The position numbers and the translations under genes were made by a program. Below are positions 12,107 to 25,010 of a DNA stretch of 64,000 nucleotides, piece by piece. The DNA is from Scenedesmus sp. PABB004 (Eukaryota): the NCBI GenBank assembly GCA_014905635.1, contig CM026547.1, positions 372,001 to 436,000 on the forward strand, read 5' to 3'. Position 1 is the stretch's first letter; every line of letters starts with the position of its first letter. The notes below the pieces were generated by a model, which saw nothing but the letters and a program-made list of their open reading frames with translations, did not search any database and was not told the origin of the DNA.

Positions 12107-12728
12107 CTAGCGGAGTGTGTGTAACGTGGCGCCGTGCTCCGCGCGCGTGCCGCCGGCAGCTGCGGCGGGCGGCGCGCCGTCGCAGCGCCCGCGCTCGCTG
12201 GTGCCGCCACCAAGTCACCCCTGAAGTTGGCCGGCCGCCTGGAGCTTGGCGGCGCGCCCGTCACGCTCCCTGATCGCGCGTCCGCACATCCCTGTGCTCC
12301 GCCAGCGCGAGCACGCCCCGCCCGCGCCGGAACGCGCCCGCCCCAGCCCCGCGGCAGCAGCGCGCTCACACTCTCTGCGCGCCCGGCGGCGCGCGATGCG
12401 CGCGTGAGGCAGCGCGCGCGCCGCACGATGCGCTCGGGGGCGCGCCTCGCGCGCATCCTGGCCATAGGGCTGACCGTTTCGGTCGTGATGGCGCCGCGCG
12501 GGAGCGCCAGCTCGGCGCCCTGCGGGCCCGCCGCGTGCGGCTGCGGCGCCGATCCGGACGGCGCGGCGGCGCGCGCCGCCCAGGACGCCCCCGCCGGCGG
12601 CTGCGGTGCCGCCGGCAGCTGCGCCGGCGGCGTTGGGCGCGCTCGGCCGCCGGCGCGCGGCGAGCTCGGCGGCGGGCTGGCCGCCGGCTGGGAGTGGAGC
12701 GCCGGCTGCTCGGCGTGCGCGCGGCAGC
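11836..12728 (+). repeat. Right (source) arm of the 893-bp inverted duplication
   Basis: Spans the end of the last PIP exon, its poly(A) signal and the start of the next ORF; see left arm. Confidence 0.95.
12120..12124 (+). terminator. TGTAA polyadenylation signal of PIP (mirrored as TTACA at 7731..7735)
   Basis: Chlorophyte-type UGUAA just after the PIP stop codon. Confidence 0.65.
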
Positions 12729-14365
12729 TGGACGCAGCCCCCGACGCCACACCGGGCGAGCACGCGCGCGCGGCCCGGGTCCTGGCCGGCCTCGCCGCCG
12801 CGCTCGCCATCGTCGCGCAGCCGATCGCCGCCGTCCGCAGCTCGGCACGGCGGCCGGCTGGCCGCCGCGTGCGGCGTGCGCCCGGCACCTGGGCCGCCAG
12901 CCCCGCCGTGCTGCGGAATGCGGCGCTGGGCCTGGCCGCGGCGGCGGCCGGGCTGGCGTGGCCGCGATGGGACTGGCTTGCCGTCCTGCTAGCCATCACC
13001 GTGCAGTCGCTGGGCGTGCGCCTGAGGCCCTGGGCCGCCGCCGCCGCGCGCGCGGCCTGCGCCGCGGGCCGCGCCGCCGCGGCGGCGACCGGCGCCGCCG
13101 CACGGCTGGTGCGGAGGCGGGCCGCGCCGCTGGCGCGAGCTGTGTCGGGCGGCGAGGAGGCAGACGAGGGCGAGCCGCAGCTTGAGGCAGCAACAGCGGC
13201 GGTGGTGGGGGTGCCGGCGCAGACCAGCTTAGCTGGACGGCGCAAGCAGACCAAGGGCCGGCTTCGCCGCCGGGCCCCTGCCGGCCCGGGGACCCCCGTG
13301 GCGAGCTGCGACGAGCTGCCAGCGCCGCCGGCCGCCCGGCCGCCGCTGCCGGCGAGGCAGACGGAGCCGACGCCGAAAGCTGAGCCACTGCTGCCGGCGA
13401 GGCTGGAGACGCCGGAGCCGGCGCCGAAAGCTGAGCCACTGCTGCCGGCGAGGCTGGAGACGCCGGAGCCGGCGCCGGCCGCGGTGCGCGACGCACGGCG
13501 GCGAGGCGGCTGCCGCGACCAGGGCAGCCCGCCCTGCGCGGCCAAAATCAAGCAGCCTGGCAGCGGCGGTGGGCCAGTCTGTGCACGGGGCGCGCAGCTG
13601 GCGGCTGCGGTCGCAGCGCCCACCACGCCGACGGCGCCGGGCCGCAGCGAGCGCGCGCGGGCTGCCACGCCGAACGGGGGCGCACGGAGCTCCGGCGGCA
13701 CTGGGGACTCTCCCAACGCCAGGGGCGGCGGCATGGCCTGCAGCTCCGCGCCGCCAGTCAACGACACGGCGCCACCCATGCCCACGACGCCCAGCGTGCG
13801 GCCGAGGAACCCGTTTGCCGCGCGCGGCGAGGCGCCGCACGCTGTGGCGCGCGCGCTGGCCGGCCCGCCGCCCGGGTACGTCGCGGCCGCTGCAGCGGTG
13901 GCGGCGGCCTGCGGCGCCGACCGCCCGGCGCACGGCCGCGACGGCGCTGCGGCGTGCCGGCCGCCGCCGGCAGCGCGGCAGGCGCGGCCGGAGCCGGGCG
14001 GCCCGGCAGGGCCGCAGCGCGCACGGGAGTGCGTGAGCGCCGAGCCGTGGCTCGCGGGCGAGCCGGACGACGCAGGGCCGGGCGCGCGCGTGTTTCGACT
14101 CTTCAGCGAGAGCGCGCCGCCGCTCCAGGCGGCGCTGGCGGCGGCGGCCGCGGCCGCGGCGGCGGGCCTCGGGCGGCAGCCCGGCTGCGCCGGGCCCGTG
14201 GCGGGGCCGCACCACCTGCCTCTGCAGTGGGCGCGCGCCGTGCAGGCGCAGGTCGCGTGTTGCGCGGCCGCCGCGCCGCCGCCGCCGGCCGCGCTCTGCG
14301 GCTGGGGGTCGGCCGACGCGGCGGCCCTCTCGCTGCTGCTGCCGAGCGACCTGCTTGCCGACTGA
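12428..14365 (+). CDS. Hypothetical intronless protein with hydrophobic segments and a Pro/Ala-rich tail
   Basis: Long open frame from ATG 12428, hydrophobic stretches (VLAGLAAALAIVAQPIAAV; WPRWDWLAVLLAITVQSLG) and an in-frame 17-aa repeat. No family recognised. Confidence 0.5.
   Translation: MRSGARLARILAIGLTVSVVMAPRGSASSAPCGPAACGCGADPDGAAARAAQDAPAGGCGAAGSCAGGVGRARPPARGELGGGLAAGWEWSAGCSACARQLDAAPDATPGEHARAARVLAGLAAALAIVAQPIAAVRSSARRPAGRRVRRAPGTWAASPAVLRNAALGLAAAAAGLAWPRWDWLAVLLAITVQSLGVRLRPWAAAAARAACAAGRAAAAATGAAARLVRRRAAPLARAVSGGEEADEGEPQLEAATAAVVGVPAQTSLAGRRKQTKGRLRRRAPAGPGTPVASCDELPAPPAARPPLPARQTEPTPKAEPLLPARLETPEPAPKAEPLLPARLETPEPAPAAVRDARRRGGCRDQGSPPCAAKIKQPGSGGGPVCARGAQLAAAVAAPTTPTAPGRSERARAATPNGGARSSGGTGDSPNARGGGMACSSAPPVNDTAPPMPTTPSVRPRNPFAARGEAPHAVARALAGPPPGYVAAAAAVAAACGADRPAHGRDGAAACRPPPAARQARPEPGGPAGPQRARECVSAEPWLAGEPDDAGPGARVFRLFSESAPPLQAALAAAAAAAAAGLGRQPGCAGPVAGPHHLPLQWARAVQAQVACCAAAAPPPPAALCGWGSADAAALSLLLPSDLLAD
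13345..13476 (+). repeat. 51-bp in-frame tandem repeat (KAEPLLPARLETPEPAP), about 2.5 copies
   Basis: TGAGCCACT recurs at 13381 and 13432; a shorter degenerate unit precedes it. Confidence 0.9.
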
Positions 14366-15241
14366 CCGAGAGATGCTTGCTTGCGACTCTAGCAGATGCG
14401 CCGCGATGAGCGCGGCCTAAACCCTGTACATCACCTGCACAGTGCCGATGCGTGTGCATGGTTCAGCAGGGGGGTTGGGCATCACGGCCAGGGCGAGTCT
14501 TGAGAGTCACGGCGAGCTCGTCCTGACTCTGTCAGTGATCAGTGATCAGCGGCTGGCGTGCGCGTGCGACACTGGCTGCAAACTGCACTGCGCTGCTGCT
14601 GCTGCAAGTGTTGATTTGTGGGGGGCACGGGGGCATGTCGTGATCATGATGACGCAGATGTTTACTCGTTTGCGGGCAAAGGGCCGACAAAAGTGAGGGC
14701 AGCAATACCGCCAAGGCGCGCGCGCGAGAACGAAACGCGGCGGCCGCTGCGTGCAGGCGGCCCGCTCACCGCATAACGCGCCGCCGTTCCTGGGCCCGCC
14801 GCCCCCGCGCACGCGCCGGCGCCAGTTATCAGCTCGCCGTCGCCGCCGCCGCCGCTGCACGCTCGACGGAGGCGCGCGCGGCGCACACGCGCAGCGGCGA
14901 CGGCGCGGGAGCATGGGCAGTGCGGCCAGCCCGCCCGGGCCTAACTCTCTGGCAGTCCTGCGAGCCGCCCGCTCCCCTCCCTCTCCCCCCGCGGCACGCG
15001 GTTGCCAGGCCCGCCGCGCGAGGGCGGTCTGACATACAGGCAGTGGACCTCATGCGCCGGCCCCTCAGCGCGGCGGCCCCCGGCGGCCGCGCGCGCGCAC
15101 GCGTCACGCGTCACGCGATGCCCCACCCCCAGGTTGCGGTCCGGTCGAGTGGACAGTCGGGCCAGGCGCCGCACGGCAGTGTGGCGGGCGCGCGCCGAGC
15201 AGGTGCTGCTGCTCCTGCAGCGCGCGTCCCTGCTCGGCGCG

Positions 15242-15277
<36 letters not shown>
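15242..15277. repeat. (TGC)12 microsatellite
   Basis: Directly visible. Confidence 0.9.
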
Positions 15278-15278
<1 letters not shown>

Positions 15279-15490
15279 GCCACCGCGGCAGCGCGCGCGC
15301 CGCCTCCCGGCGGCGCCGGCGCCGCCGCCGCCACGGCAGCCCTGCGAGCAAGGTGCTGGGCCGGAAGGGGGGCCGCGTCGCGCGGCGGCTGGCCTCGCGC
15401 GCCGCCGGCCCGCCGGCCGGCCTCGCGCGCCGCCGCACGTGTGCTGCGGCCGGCGCCGGGCGCGGCCCCAATCGCTGCCGCGCCGCGGCT

Positions 15491-16681
15491 TCAGCGGCGC
15501 CTGGTTGCGCGGCCGGCGCGGCGGGGCGCGGCGTCGCTGCTGCTCGCGCTGCCGCTGCCGCCGCCGTCGTCGCCGGCGTTGCTGCTGCCGCCGCTGCTGC
15601 TGCTGCTGCCGCTGCTGCCGGCGCCGCTGCGCACGTCCGCGACCGCCGCCAGCGCGCTCGTGCCACCGCGCCTGCGGGGCGGCGGGAGGGCGAGAGCCGC
15701 GGGCGCGCGCGGGGCGGCGGCGGGTGAGCGCGGGTGGCGGCGAGGCCGCCGCCACGCGGCGCTGCGCCGGGCGGCGCTGCGCCGGCCGCGGGCGCGGGCG
15801 GCCCCGATACCCCCTGCCGCGGCGTCGCGCGCGCGGCCCCGCGCCAGCGCCGCCGGCGCGCGGCCGCTTACAGGTGGCGCGCGCGCCGTGGCGCCGCGCC
15901 GCCCGCTCACAGGTGCTTGCCGTACTTGCCGCCGCCGTTGGCGTTGCGCGGCGCGCGCAGCACCTTGACCACGAGCTGCAGCGTCCAGTGGTAGTTCAGG
16001 CCCGTGAGGAAGGCCTGGCACACGGGCGTGACCAGGATCCAGTTCCAGGGGCTGCGCGCGCGCGCGCGCGTGGGCGTGTCGGCGCGCCGCGTAGCCCGCC
16101 TGCCTGCCCCGCCGCCGCGTAGCCCGCCTGCCTGCCCCGCCGCCGCGCCGCCGCCGCCGCGCCGCCGCGGCGCCGCGGCGCCGCGGTGTCGCGCCGTCGC
16201 CGTGACGCGCGCACCTGCCGCACGCGGCCGTCTCTGCGGCCCACTCCTTATAGAAGGCCCATATGAGGTAGGGGTAGAACACGTTGCGCAGCAGCACCCA
16301 CGACGCGTAAAACGCGGCCTCGAGCGCGCGCCCGCCGAGCGTGCGGCGCGCGATGAGGAGCCAGGTGTTGATCTCCACGAGCATGCAGTACGACATGCAC
16401 CACTCGTAGCGGGGGTAGTGGTAGGGGATGAGCATGTAGAGCGCGGTGCAGATGTGGTGGCTCAGGATGACGACCGGGCTCTTCACGCTCTGCGGGTACA
16501 CGCCGACAAAGATGGTGTCCAGCAGGAAGTAGACCATGGCCGAGGTGAAGAAGAGCTGGAAACCCGCGCCCGTCGCGAGGTAGGTGAGGTTCTGCGCGTT
16601 GAGCACCGCGATGACGACGAGGTTGAACCAGTCGTGCAGCAGCACCGGGTCCCACGACCGCGGGACCACGAGCTTGAACAT
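15491..16681 (-). CDS. TLC (TRAM/LAG1/CLN8)-domain membrane protein; short isoform ends at 15907, spliced isoform at 15491
   Basis: Multi-TM sequence with YFLLDT, ILSHHICT, MLVEINTWLLIARR, WVLLRNVFYP and GLNYHWT motifs typical of TLC domains. Confidence 0.85.
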   Translation of the reverse strand: MFKLVVPRSWDPVLLHDWFNLVVIAVLNAQNLTYLATGAGFQLFFTSAMVYFLLDTIFVGVYPQSVKSPVVILSHHICTALYMLIPYHYPRYEWCMSYCMLVEINTWLLIARRTLGGRALEAAFYASWVLLRNVFYPYLIWAFYKEWAAETAACGRCARHGDGATPRRRGAAAARRRRRGGGAGRRATRRRGRQAGYAARRHAHARARAQPLELDPGHARVPGLPHGPELPLDAAARGQGAARAAQRQRRRQVRQAPVSGRRGATARAPPVSGRAPAALARGRARDAAAGGIGAARARGRRSAARRSAAWRRPRRHPRSPAAAPRAPAALALPPPRRRGGTSALAAVADVRSGAGSSGSSSSSGGSSNAGDDGGGSGSASSSDAAPRRAGRATRRR

Positions 16682-17381
16682 CGCGCCGGCGCGCCCTGGC
16701 GGCGGCGCACGGCAGGGCGGCGGCGCCGGGGGGAGGTGGTGCGGCGGCGGCGGCGAGCGCAGCGGCGAGCGCGGCGGCGCGCGGCGGGCGGGCGGGCGGC
16801 GGTTGGTGAGGCGCACAGCAGCGCCGCGCGGCGCGCCCCGCCGTGCACGCCCGTGGCTCGCCGCGGCTGCCCGGGCGCTGCGGGTGTGCCCGGCCGCCGC
16901 CCCGGCCCGGCAACGGCCCTCGGCATCGAGCCGAATATATGCAGCCCCGCGCGCATGCGCCGGCCCCGCGCCGCCTGGAACGGCGTCGCCCGGCGGCCGG
17001 CGCCCCGCCGCGCGGGCGATGCGTGCGGGCGCATAATCACCTGCGCCGTCGGCGCCCCGGGGCGGCTGCGCGTGCGCTGCAGGGCTGGCGCGCGGGCGTG
17101 CGCGGGCTGGGCGCGCGCGGGCGGGCGCGGGCGCCTCCGCGCGGCGCGGTGGCGGCGGCGATCGGCTCGTGTGAGCGCCTCGGCGGCGCGGGGCGGGCTG
17201 GGGGCGCGGTCCACACTTGCCAGGGCGCGGGCAGGCGAGCGGGCGCCGCTGTGCCCTGCGCTGGGGGTCGCCAGCTGCGGTCACGCTGCCCGTCGTCGCC
17301 ACACCGCGCCTCTCCCGCATCCACGTCGCCCGCGTCGCCCTGCAGCCCCCGCCCCACCGGCCGACCGCAAAGCTCGCCAGG

Positions 17382-18823
<1,442 letters not shown>

Positions 18824-18923
18824 TAGGTCGGCAGTCGCGGGCCGCCGGCCGCGCGGCAGCGTTTTGTGCAGCGCGTGAGCGCCCGCGAGCGCGCGGGCGC
18901 GCGGGCCGCGGGCCGCGGGCCGG

Positions 18924-18928
18924 TGTAA
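18924..18928 (+). terminator. TGTAA poly(A) signal of NAC-alpha
   Basis: UGUAA about 260 nt after the stop codon. Confidence 0.6.
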
Positions 18929-19007
18929 CGCGGTTGCCGACCCCCTGCCGGAGCTCCGCCCCGCCTAACCCCGCCAGCATCCCCCCCCCTCGCGGCCGCG
19001 CCGCCGA

Positions 19008-21558
19008 TCAGCAGCCCGTGGTGAGCAGCCCGCCGTTGCTGTCCTGCGAGTCGCTGTCGCCGTCGCTGTCGTCCGCGAGGGCGCTAAAAAGCATACCCAT
19101 GGCCGAGCCCGAGCGCGCCTGCGGCGGCTGCTGGCGCTTCTGCGCCGTCGCTGGCGGCGGCTGCGGCGCCGACACTGGCTGAGCGCCGGGGCCGAGGACC
19201 TCGGGCGCCGGGGGGCAGCTCGCCGCGGGCGCGGGAGCCGCCGCTGCAGGCGCGGCCACGGCTGCAGGCGGCGCGGGCTCAGCCGCCAGCGGCGCCGGGG
19301 GCGGGATCGGCACCGGCGGGCGCGCCGCGCCACGCCCGAATGGGCCCGCCGCCGTCGCGGGGTGCGCCTCCTGGACGCTGCCGGCCGCCGGCGCGCGCGC
19401 CACCTGGTGCTGCTGCAGCGGCGGCGCCTGGAAGGCTGCCGCCGCGTGGCTGGCGGGCACGAAGCGCGCGGGCACGGGCGCGCGCTGCTGCTGCGCGCCG
19501 CCCGCGGGCTGAGGCTGGTGCGCGGCGGCGCCGCCCCTGGTTTGGGCGGCGAAGAGCCCCGACGGCGCCGCGGCCTGGTGCCGGTCCTGCTGGCGCGGCA
19601 TGCCCAGCGCGGCCACGGCCGGCACGGCCGCACCTGTGGGGTGGGCGACGTGCAGGCGGTGGTCGGCAGCCTGGCGGCGGCCCTGGGCGCGTGCGGGGGC
19701 AGCCGCCGCCGCGGCGCCCGCCCCGCCTCACCTGGGTGGCCGGCGGCGTGCGACGGGCGTGGCAGGTGCTGCGGCGGCTGGCCGCGGTGCTGCGGGCCGC
19801 CGCAGCGCTGGTGCGCGGCGGGTGGGGGTGCGCCATGCTGCAGCTGCCGGCCGCCCTGCTGCCAGGGCGGCAGCGCCTGGTGCTGCTTGCCGCCCTGCGC
19901 TGCCAAGCCGCCGCCGCTGTCTGGGTGCGACCGCTTGGAGCCCGCCGCGAGCACTGCAGGCTCAGGCGGCTGCGCCCACGTCGGCGCAGCGGCCGCAACG
20001 GCGGCGGCAGCCTCCTGCGCCGCCGCGCTCGCCGCCGCCTCGGCGCCGGCGACCGCGCGGCGTGCGCCCGCGCGCAGCGCCGCGCGCGCACGCGCCAGCG
20101 CCACCACCGCCACCACCGCGGCGTTGCGCTCCTGCGAGCCCGCCGCCGCGGCCGCCTGCGCTGCTATGAGGCGTGCGCCGAGCTCGCCTGCCTGCGCCGT
20201 CGCCGCCGCGCGCTGCTCCGCCGCCGCAGCCTCCGCTGCCTCGGCGGCGGCCTCACTGCGCGCCAGCTGCTCGCGCAGGGCTGCCTCCGCGGCGCTGCGC
20301 TCCTCGCGGCAGACAGCGAGCTCGCGCGCCGCCTCGGCCAGCCGCGCCTCCAGCGCAGCCTGCGTCGCCTCGCCGGCCGCCCGACCGGCCTGCAGCTGCT
20401 CCAGCTCGGCCGCCGCCGCCTGCAGCGCCGCGACCTTGAGCTCCAGCTGCTCCGCCAGCCGCTCGCCGACCTGCGCGTGCGGCGGGCGGCACGGGCCGCG
20501 GCTGGCGGCGCGCGTCCCGGCAGCCCGCCAGCTTCCTCGCGCCCCGGCGGCCCCTGCCCTGCCACGCGCCGCTGGCCGTGGCAGCACCCGCCGCCCACCG
20601 TCGTGACCTCCAGCACGCGGCGCTCGTGCGCCCGCAGCCCCGCCTCCTGCGCCTGCAGCCGGCCGCCGAGCTTGGCCGCGCTCTGTGCGAGCCCGCGCAG
20701 CTCCGCCTCCAGCGCGTCGCCAAGGCCCGTCGTCGCTGCGAGCCGGCGCGACAGGGCCGCCGCCTCGCCGGACTTGGCGGCGAGCGCCGACTGCAGCTGC
20801 GCCACCTGCGGGCGGGCGGGGGGAGGGGCGCGCGTGGCGGGGGCCAGCAGTGCCGGCGCAAGCAAACCGCGGCTGCCGCGCCGCGGCTTCCCCACCCCCC
20901 ACTGACCGCGGACCGAGCGCGCGCCAGCCCGAGGGGGCCCACCCACCTGTGCGCGCAGGGCCGCGCCGCCGCGCTCGCGGCTCGCCAGCAGCGCGGCCAC
21001 CTCGCCACGCGCCGACTCCACCTGCGCCCGCGCCTCGTCGCGCGCTGCGGCCACCTCGCAGAGCTGCGGCCGCAGCCGCCGCGGCGGCCGAGCGGGGCGG
21101 CGGCGTCCAGCACACGCTGCGGGCCGGCTGCACCGCTGCCAACTCAAACGGCGGGCACGCAGCGCACGGGCGCGCTGCGCGCGGCAGCACCGCGCCGCTG
21201 CGCCGCACCTGGCCCTTCGCGCCCTGCAGCTCGTCCGACAGCGCCGCCAGCGCCGCGCGGTGCGCCTGCTTGGCGCCGCTCAGCTCGTCGCCGGCGGCGG
21301 CGCAGGCCTGCGCGGGCGGGCGGGGCGCGGGCGTGGGCGGGCGTCCGGCCGCCGTCGCCGGCGCGAGCCGCGCGCCGTGCGCTGCGCCGCCGGCCCCGCC
21401 TGCTCTGCAGCGGCCAGCTTGGCCTCCAGCGCGCGCTTGTCGGCCGCCAGGCCCGCGTTCTGCTGCGTCGCCTCGTCGAGCGCGGCACGCAGCCGCGCCG
21501 CCTCCACCGCCGCGAGCGGCGCGACGGCGGGCTCCTGCCCGCCATCCTCGGCCGACAT
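19008..21558 (-). CDS. Hypothetical multi-exon coiled-coil protein with Gln/Pro/Ala-rich C-terminus
   Basis: Heptad-rich exons (LRAALDEATQQNAGLAADKRALEAKL; VGERLAEQLELKVAALQ) with plausible splice sites; no family recognised. Confidence 0.55.
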
Positions 21559-21756
21559 GGCGCCGTGGGGCGCGACAGTGCAGGCGCGGGCGCCTCCAGA
21601 GCCAGCGGCGGCCGCCGCGCTAGGCTGCGCGCGCCGGCGCACGCGCGCGCTCGAACTGCTGCGGCCTACTGCGGCCGCGGAGGCTGCCTGGCGCGTCCGG
21701 GCGAGCGAGCGAGCCGTGCGGCGACGGACCGGCGGCGGCGGGGGGCGCGCCAAGTT

Positions 21757-21761
21757 TTACA
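21757..21761 (-). terminator. TGTAA poly(A) signal of COX15
   Basis: TTACA on the + strand about 40 nt past the COX15 stop. Confidence 0.6.
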
Positions 21762-21799
21762 AGCGCCTGCGCGGCGCCCACAAAACCGCTGCGGTGCCG

Positions 21800-24072
21800 T
21801 CACTTCATCTGCGTGACCGCCGCAGCGACGCCGGCGGTCGCGACGACCGCGAGCGGCGGCGCGAGCCGGCTGACCGCCAGCCCGACCGCGCCGGGCGCGG
21901 CGGGGCGCAGCGCGTGCGCGAGGCAGAGCACGGCGGTGAACACGGTCAGCGCGCCCGCCTGGTGCGCGGCGCCGAGCGACACCGGGACGTACGTGAGCAG
22001 CGTGGTGATGCCCAGCGTGACCTGTGTGGGGGAGGAGGGCGGCAGCGGGGGCGGGCGTCACACAGCGCGCCGGCGAGGGCTGGGCGCGCGCTGCGCGCTC
22101 GCGCTCGCAGGACGGGCGCCGCGCGCGCACCTGCGCCGCCGTGAGCGCGGCGACCGCGTGCAGCGCGGCGCGCGCGGGCGGCGGCAGCGAGAGCCGCCGC
22201 GCGCCCGCCCACACGCCCGCGACGCCCGCGAGCGTCGAGAGCGCGAGCGCGCGGTGGTGCAGCTGCACCGCGGCGGTGTTTTCAAACGCGTTGCGCAGCC
22301 CCGAAAGGGCCCAGTACTCCTCGGGGATGAGCCGGCCGCCCATGAGCGGGAACGTGTTGTACGCGCGGCCGGCGTCGAGGCCCGCCACAAACGCGCCGCT
22401 GACCGCCGTCACGCCGACGAGCGCCGCGAGCGGCAGCACGCGGCGGCGCAGCGCCGCGCCGCCGGCCGCCTGCGCGCGCGCCGCCGCCGCGAGGGCGGTG
22501 TTGGCCGCGCCCGCCGCGGTGCGCGAGAGCGACGCGAGCAGCGGCTCCGGGCGCGCGAGGTCGAGCGTCGTCCACACGAGCGTGGCAAAGATGCCAAACG
22601 CGGACGTGAGGTGCGCGGCGAGGCGGTACGGGCTCACGCGCGGCACCGCGTGGCCCTCCGGCTCCTGCGGCGACGCGGCGCGTGGCCGGCGCGGTGAGCG
22701 CGGCGGGTCACCCACGGGCCCCGCCCCGCGCGGCGGCGGGTGCGGGCGCGCGTGCGCCGCGCGCGCCCCCGCGCGCGCCCCCGCGCGCGCGTCGCACCTC
22801 GAGGCCGCTGCGCACCATCCACCAGCCCACGAGGCCCTGCGCGCCGCCCATCGCGAAGCACAGCCCCAGGCGCCGCCCGAGCGGGGCGTTGATGAAGCCG
22901 CGCGCCGCAAAGTACGTCGCCGGCACCGCAAACGCGACGCCGAGCACCCTGCGGCGCGGGGGCACACGCCGGCGGCGCCGCGCGCTCGCGCACCCGTGCC
23001 GCCGCGCCCGCGCCGCTGCGCCCGCGCCGCCGCGCCCCCGCCAGGCCCCGCACGCCGCCGCTCCCTCCCCTCCGCGCCTGCCGCGCCGCCGCCGCCGCCT
23101 GCGCGCACCTGCCCCACATGCGGTGCGCCCACTCCATGAAGTAAATGAACTTGAACTCCTCAACGCCCATGTGGCTGTGCGCCAGGCGGAACTCGGGGCT
23201 GGACCGGTAGCGCGCAAACTCGGCCTCCCACTCGGCGTCGGTCAGCGGCGGCCGCTCGCCTGACGCCGGCGCGGCGGCGCGGCGGGCGGCGCGGTCGGCG
23301 CGGTCGGCGCGGTCAGAGGTCGGCGCCGCGGGTGGCGCGCGCCTAGAAACCACCAGCGCGTGCGGCGCCGCACCGGTGAAGTGCCAGTCGGTCATGGACA
23401 GGCCCGAGCGCGTGAGCCGCGTGACGCCACCGAGGACGACCATGCTGAAGACCCAGGCGCTGCAGCCGCCCAGCCACCACACCAGCTGCCGCCGCGCCGA
23501 CGCGGGCAGGCCCGCCGACAGCGCGAGGCTGGGGCTGAGCGCCGCCTGCGGGGCGCCGCGGGGGCGAGGCGCGGTCTGCCGTGCGCTGGTGCGCAGCCGG
23601 CGCGCGCGCGGCCGCGGCCCCGCAGGCACGGCCGTGGGCTGTGTGCCTGCGCGGGCGCCGCGCGCTCGCACCTGGCCCGCCGCCGCGCCCGCCTTGGCCG
23701 CCGCCACGCCCGCCGCGCCCGCGTCGGCGGCGGCGGTGGACAACAGCCGCCGCGCGGCGAGGCCGTGCCACGCCGCCGCCGCGTGCGGCCGCGCCGCGCC
23801 GGACGAGAGCTGCTGCGCCGCCGCGCGCCGCGCTGCGCCCTGCCACTGCTGCGGCGGCGGCCGACGGATCGGGGGAGCGGCGTGAGCGGCGGCGGCGGCG
23901 GCGGCGCGGGCCCCGCGCAGCCGCGGCGCGCGGCGGCGTCGCGGCCTCTCACCGCTGCGGCGCCGCTGCTGCCCTGCCACAGGTGCGCGCCGTCGCGTGC
24001 CGCGCCCTGGCACGCTGCCAGGCCGCTGCGCAGGCCGGCCAGCAGCCGGTGCGCCGCCTGGCGCTGCGCCAT
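21800..24072 (-). CDS. COX15: Heme A synthase (cytochrome c oxidase assembly protein)
   Basis: MVVLGGVTRLTRSGLSMTDW, EEFKFIYFMEWAHRMWGR, QGLVGWWMVRSGL, RVSPYRLAAHL, GAFVAGLDAGRAYNTFPLMG, VQLHHR, AAHQAGAL; Arg-rich presequence. Confidence 0.96.
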
Positions 24073-25010
24073 GGGGCCAGCCAGGCCCGCGGCGCCGGGG
24101 ATGCTGCGGGGGTGAGCCTGCTGCTCCGCGTGTTGCGGCGCAGGGCCGCGCAGATCGGTCGTGGGCGTGGATCGTGGGCCTATGGATCGACAGCATGCGG
24201 CGTGGGCGCGCCTGGGCGTCGGTGCGAGGGCGCAGGCCGGGAGTCGGGGCGGGCAGTGCACGTAGCCGTTCGCCTCCCGCGCTGATCAGCGGGCCCGCGC
24301 GGCGGCACGGGGGCGTCGGGCATCCCGCGCGTCAGCTGCCCGGATCGCGCCTCGCCGTGCGGCGAGCCGGCGGCAGCGCCGCGCGCCGCGCCCGTGCTGA
24401 CCGGGGCCGCGGCTGCTGCCGGCGGCGGAGCTTACGGCTGCCCACAGCCCCTCCCCCGAGCTCAGCCGCCCCAAAGACTCAACCTCATACAGCCGGATAG
24501 TCAGAGCAGGCTGGCCGGCCCCGCGGCCTCGGCCAGCTCCCCTGACACCGCCCCGTGACGCTCTCGCCCTCACATGAAGATGGGCGCCTGCCGCCTAGCC
24601 CTGGGCAGGCGCTGCCGCCGCCGCCGCGCGAGAGCGCCGCACGGCCGAGGGCCGTCGCGCGCGCTGGCCGGCTCCGGGCGGGGCGCTGGGCGCGTGCGCA
24701 CGGCTGCCGGCGGCGGCGGCCCAGCCGCCACGCAGCCGTTTGAGCTGCATCCCACCAGCACCCCACACCACACCCACACGCCGCCGAGCCGCGGCCGCCG
24801 TCGCTCAACCCCAACGAGCGGGGCGCAGCGCGCGCCGCCGCGGCGCGCCCGCTCGCCCGCCGCCGCTGCCTGCACACAGTCGGCAGCTTCGCACGCCCCC
24901 CACGCCCACACCCCCCGAGCCACGCACGCAGGCGCCTCGCGCCCCCTCGCGCCCACAGCCCGCTCCCTCCCGCAGCCCGAGCGCGCCCGCGCAGCCTCCC
25001 GCGCAGCGCC

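Noticed and set aside
14646..14700. ATGATGA C-box-like motif in an AT-richer stretch
   Set aside because: No CTGA D box with a terminal stem and no recognisable rRNA complementarity.
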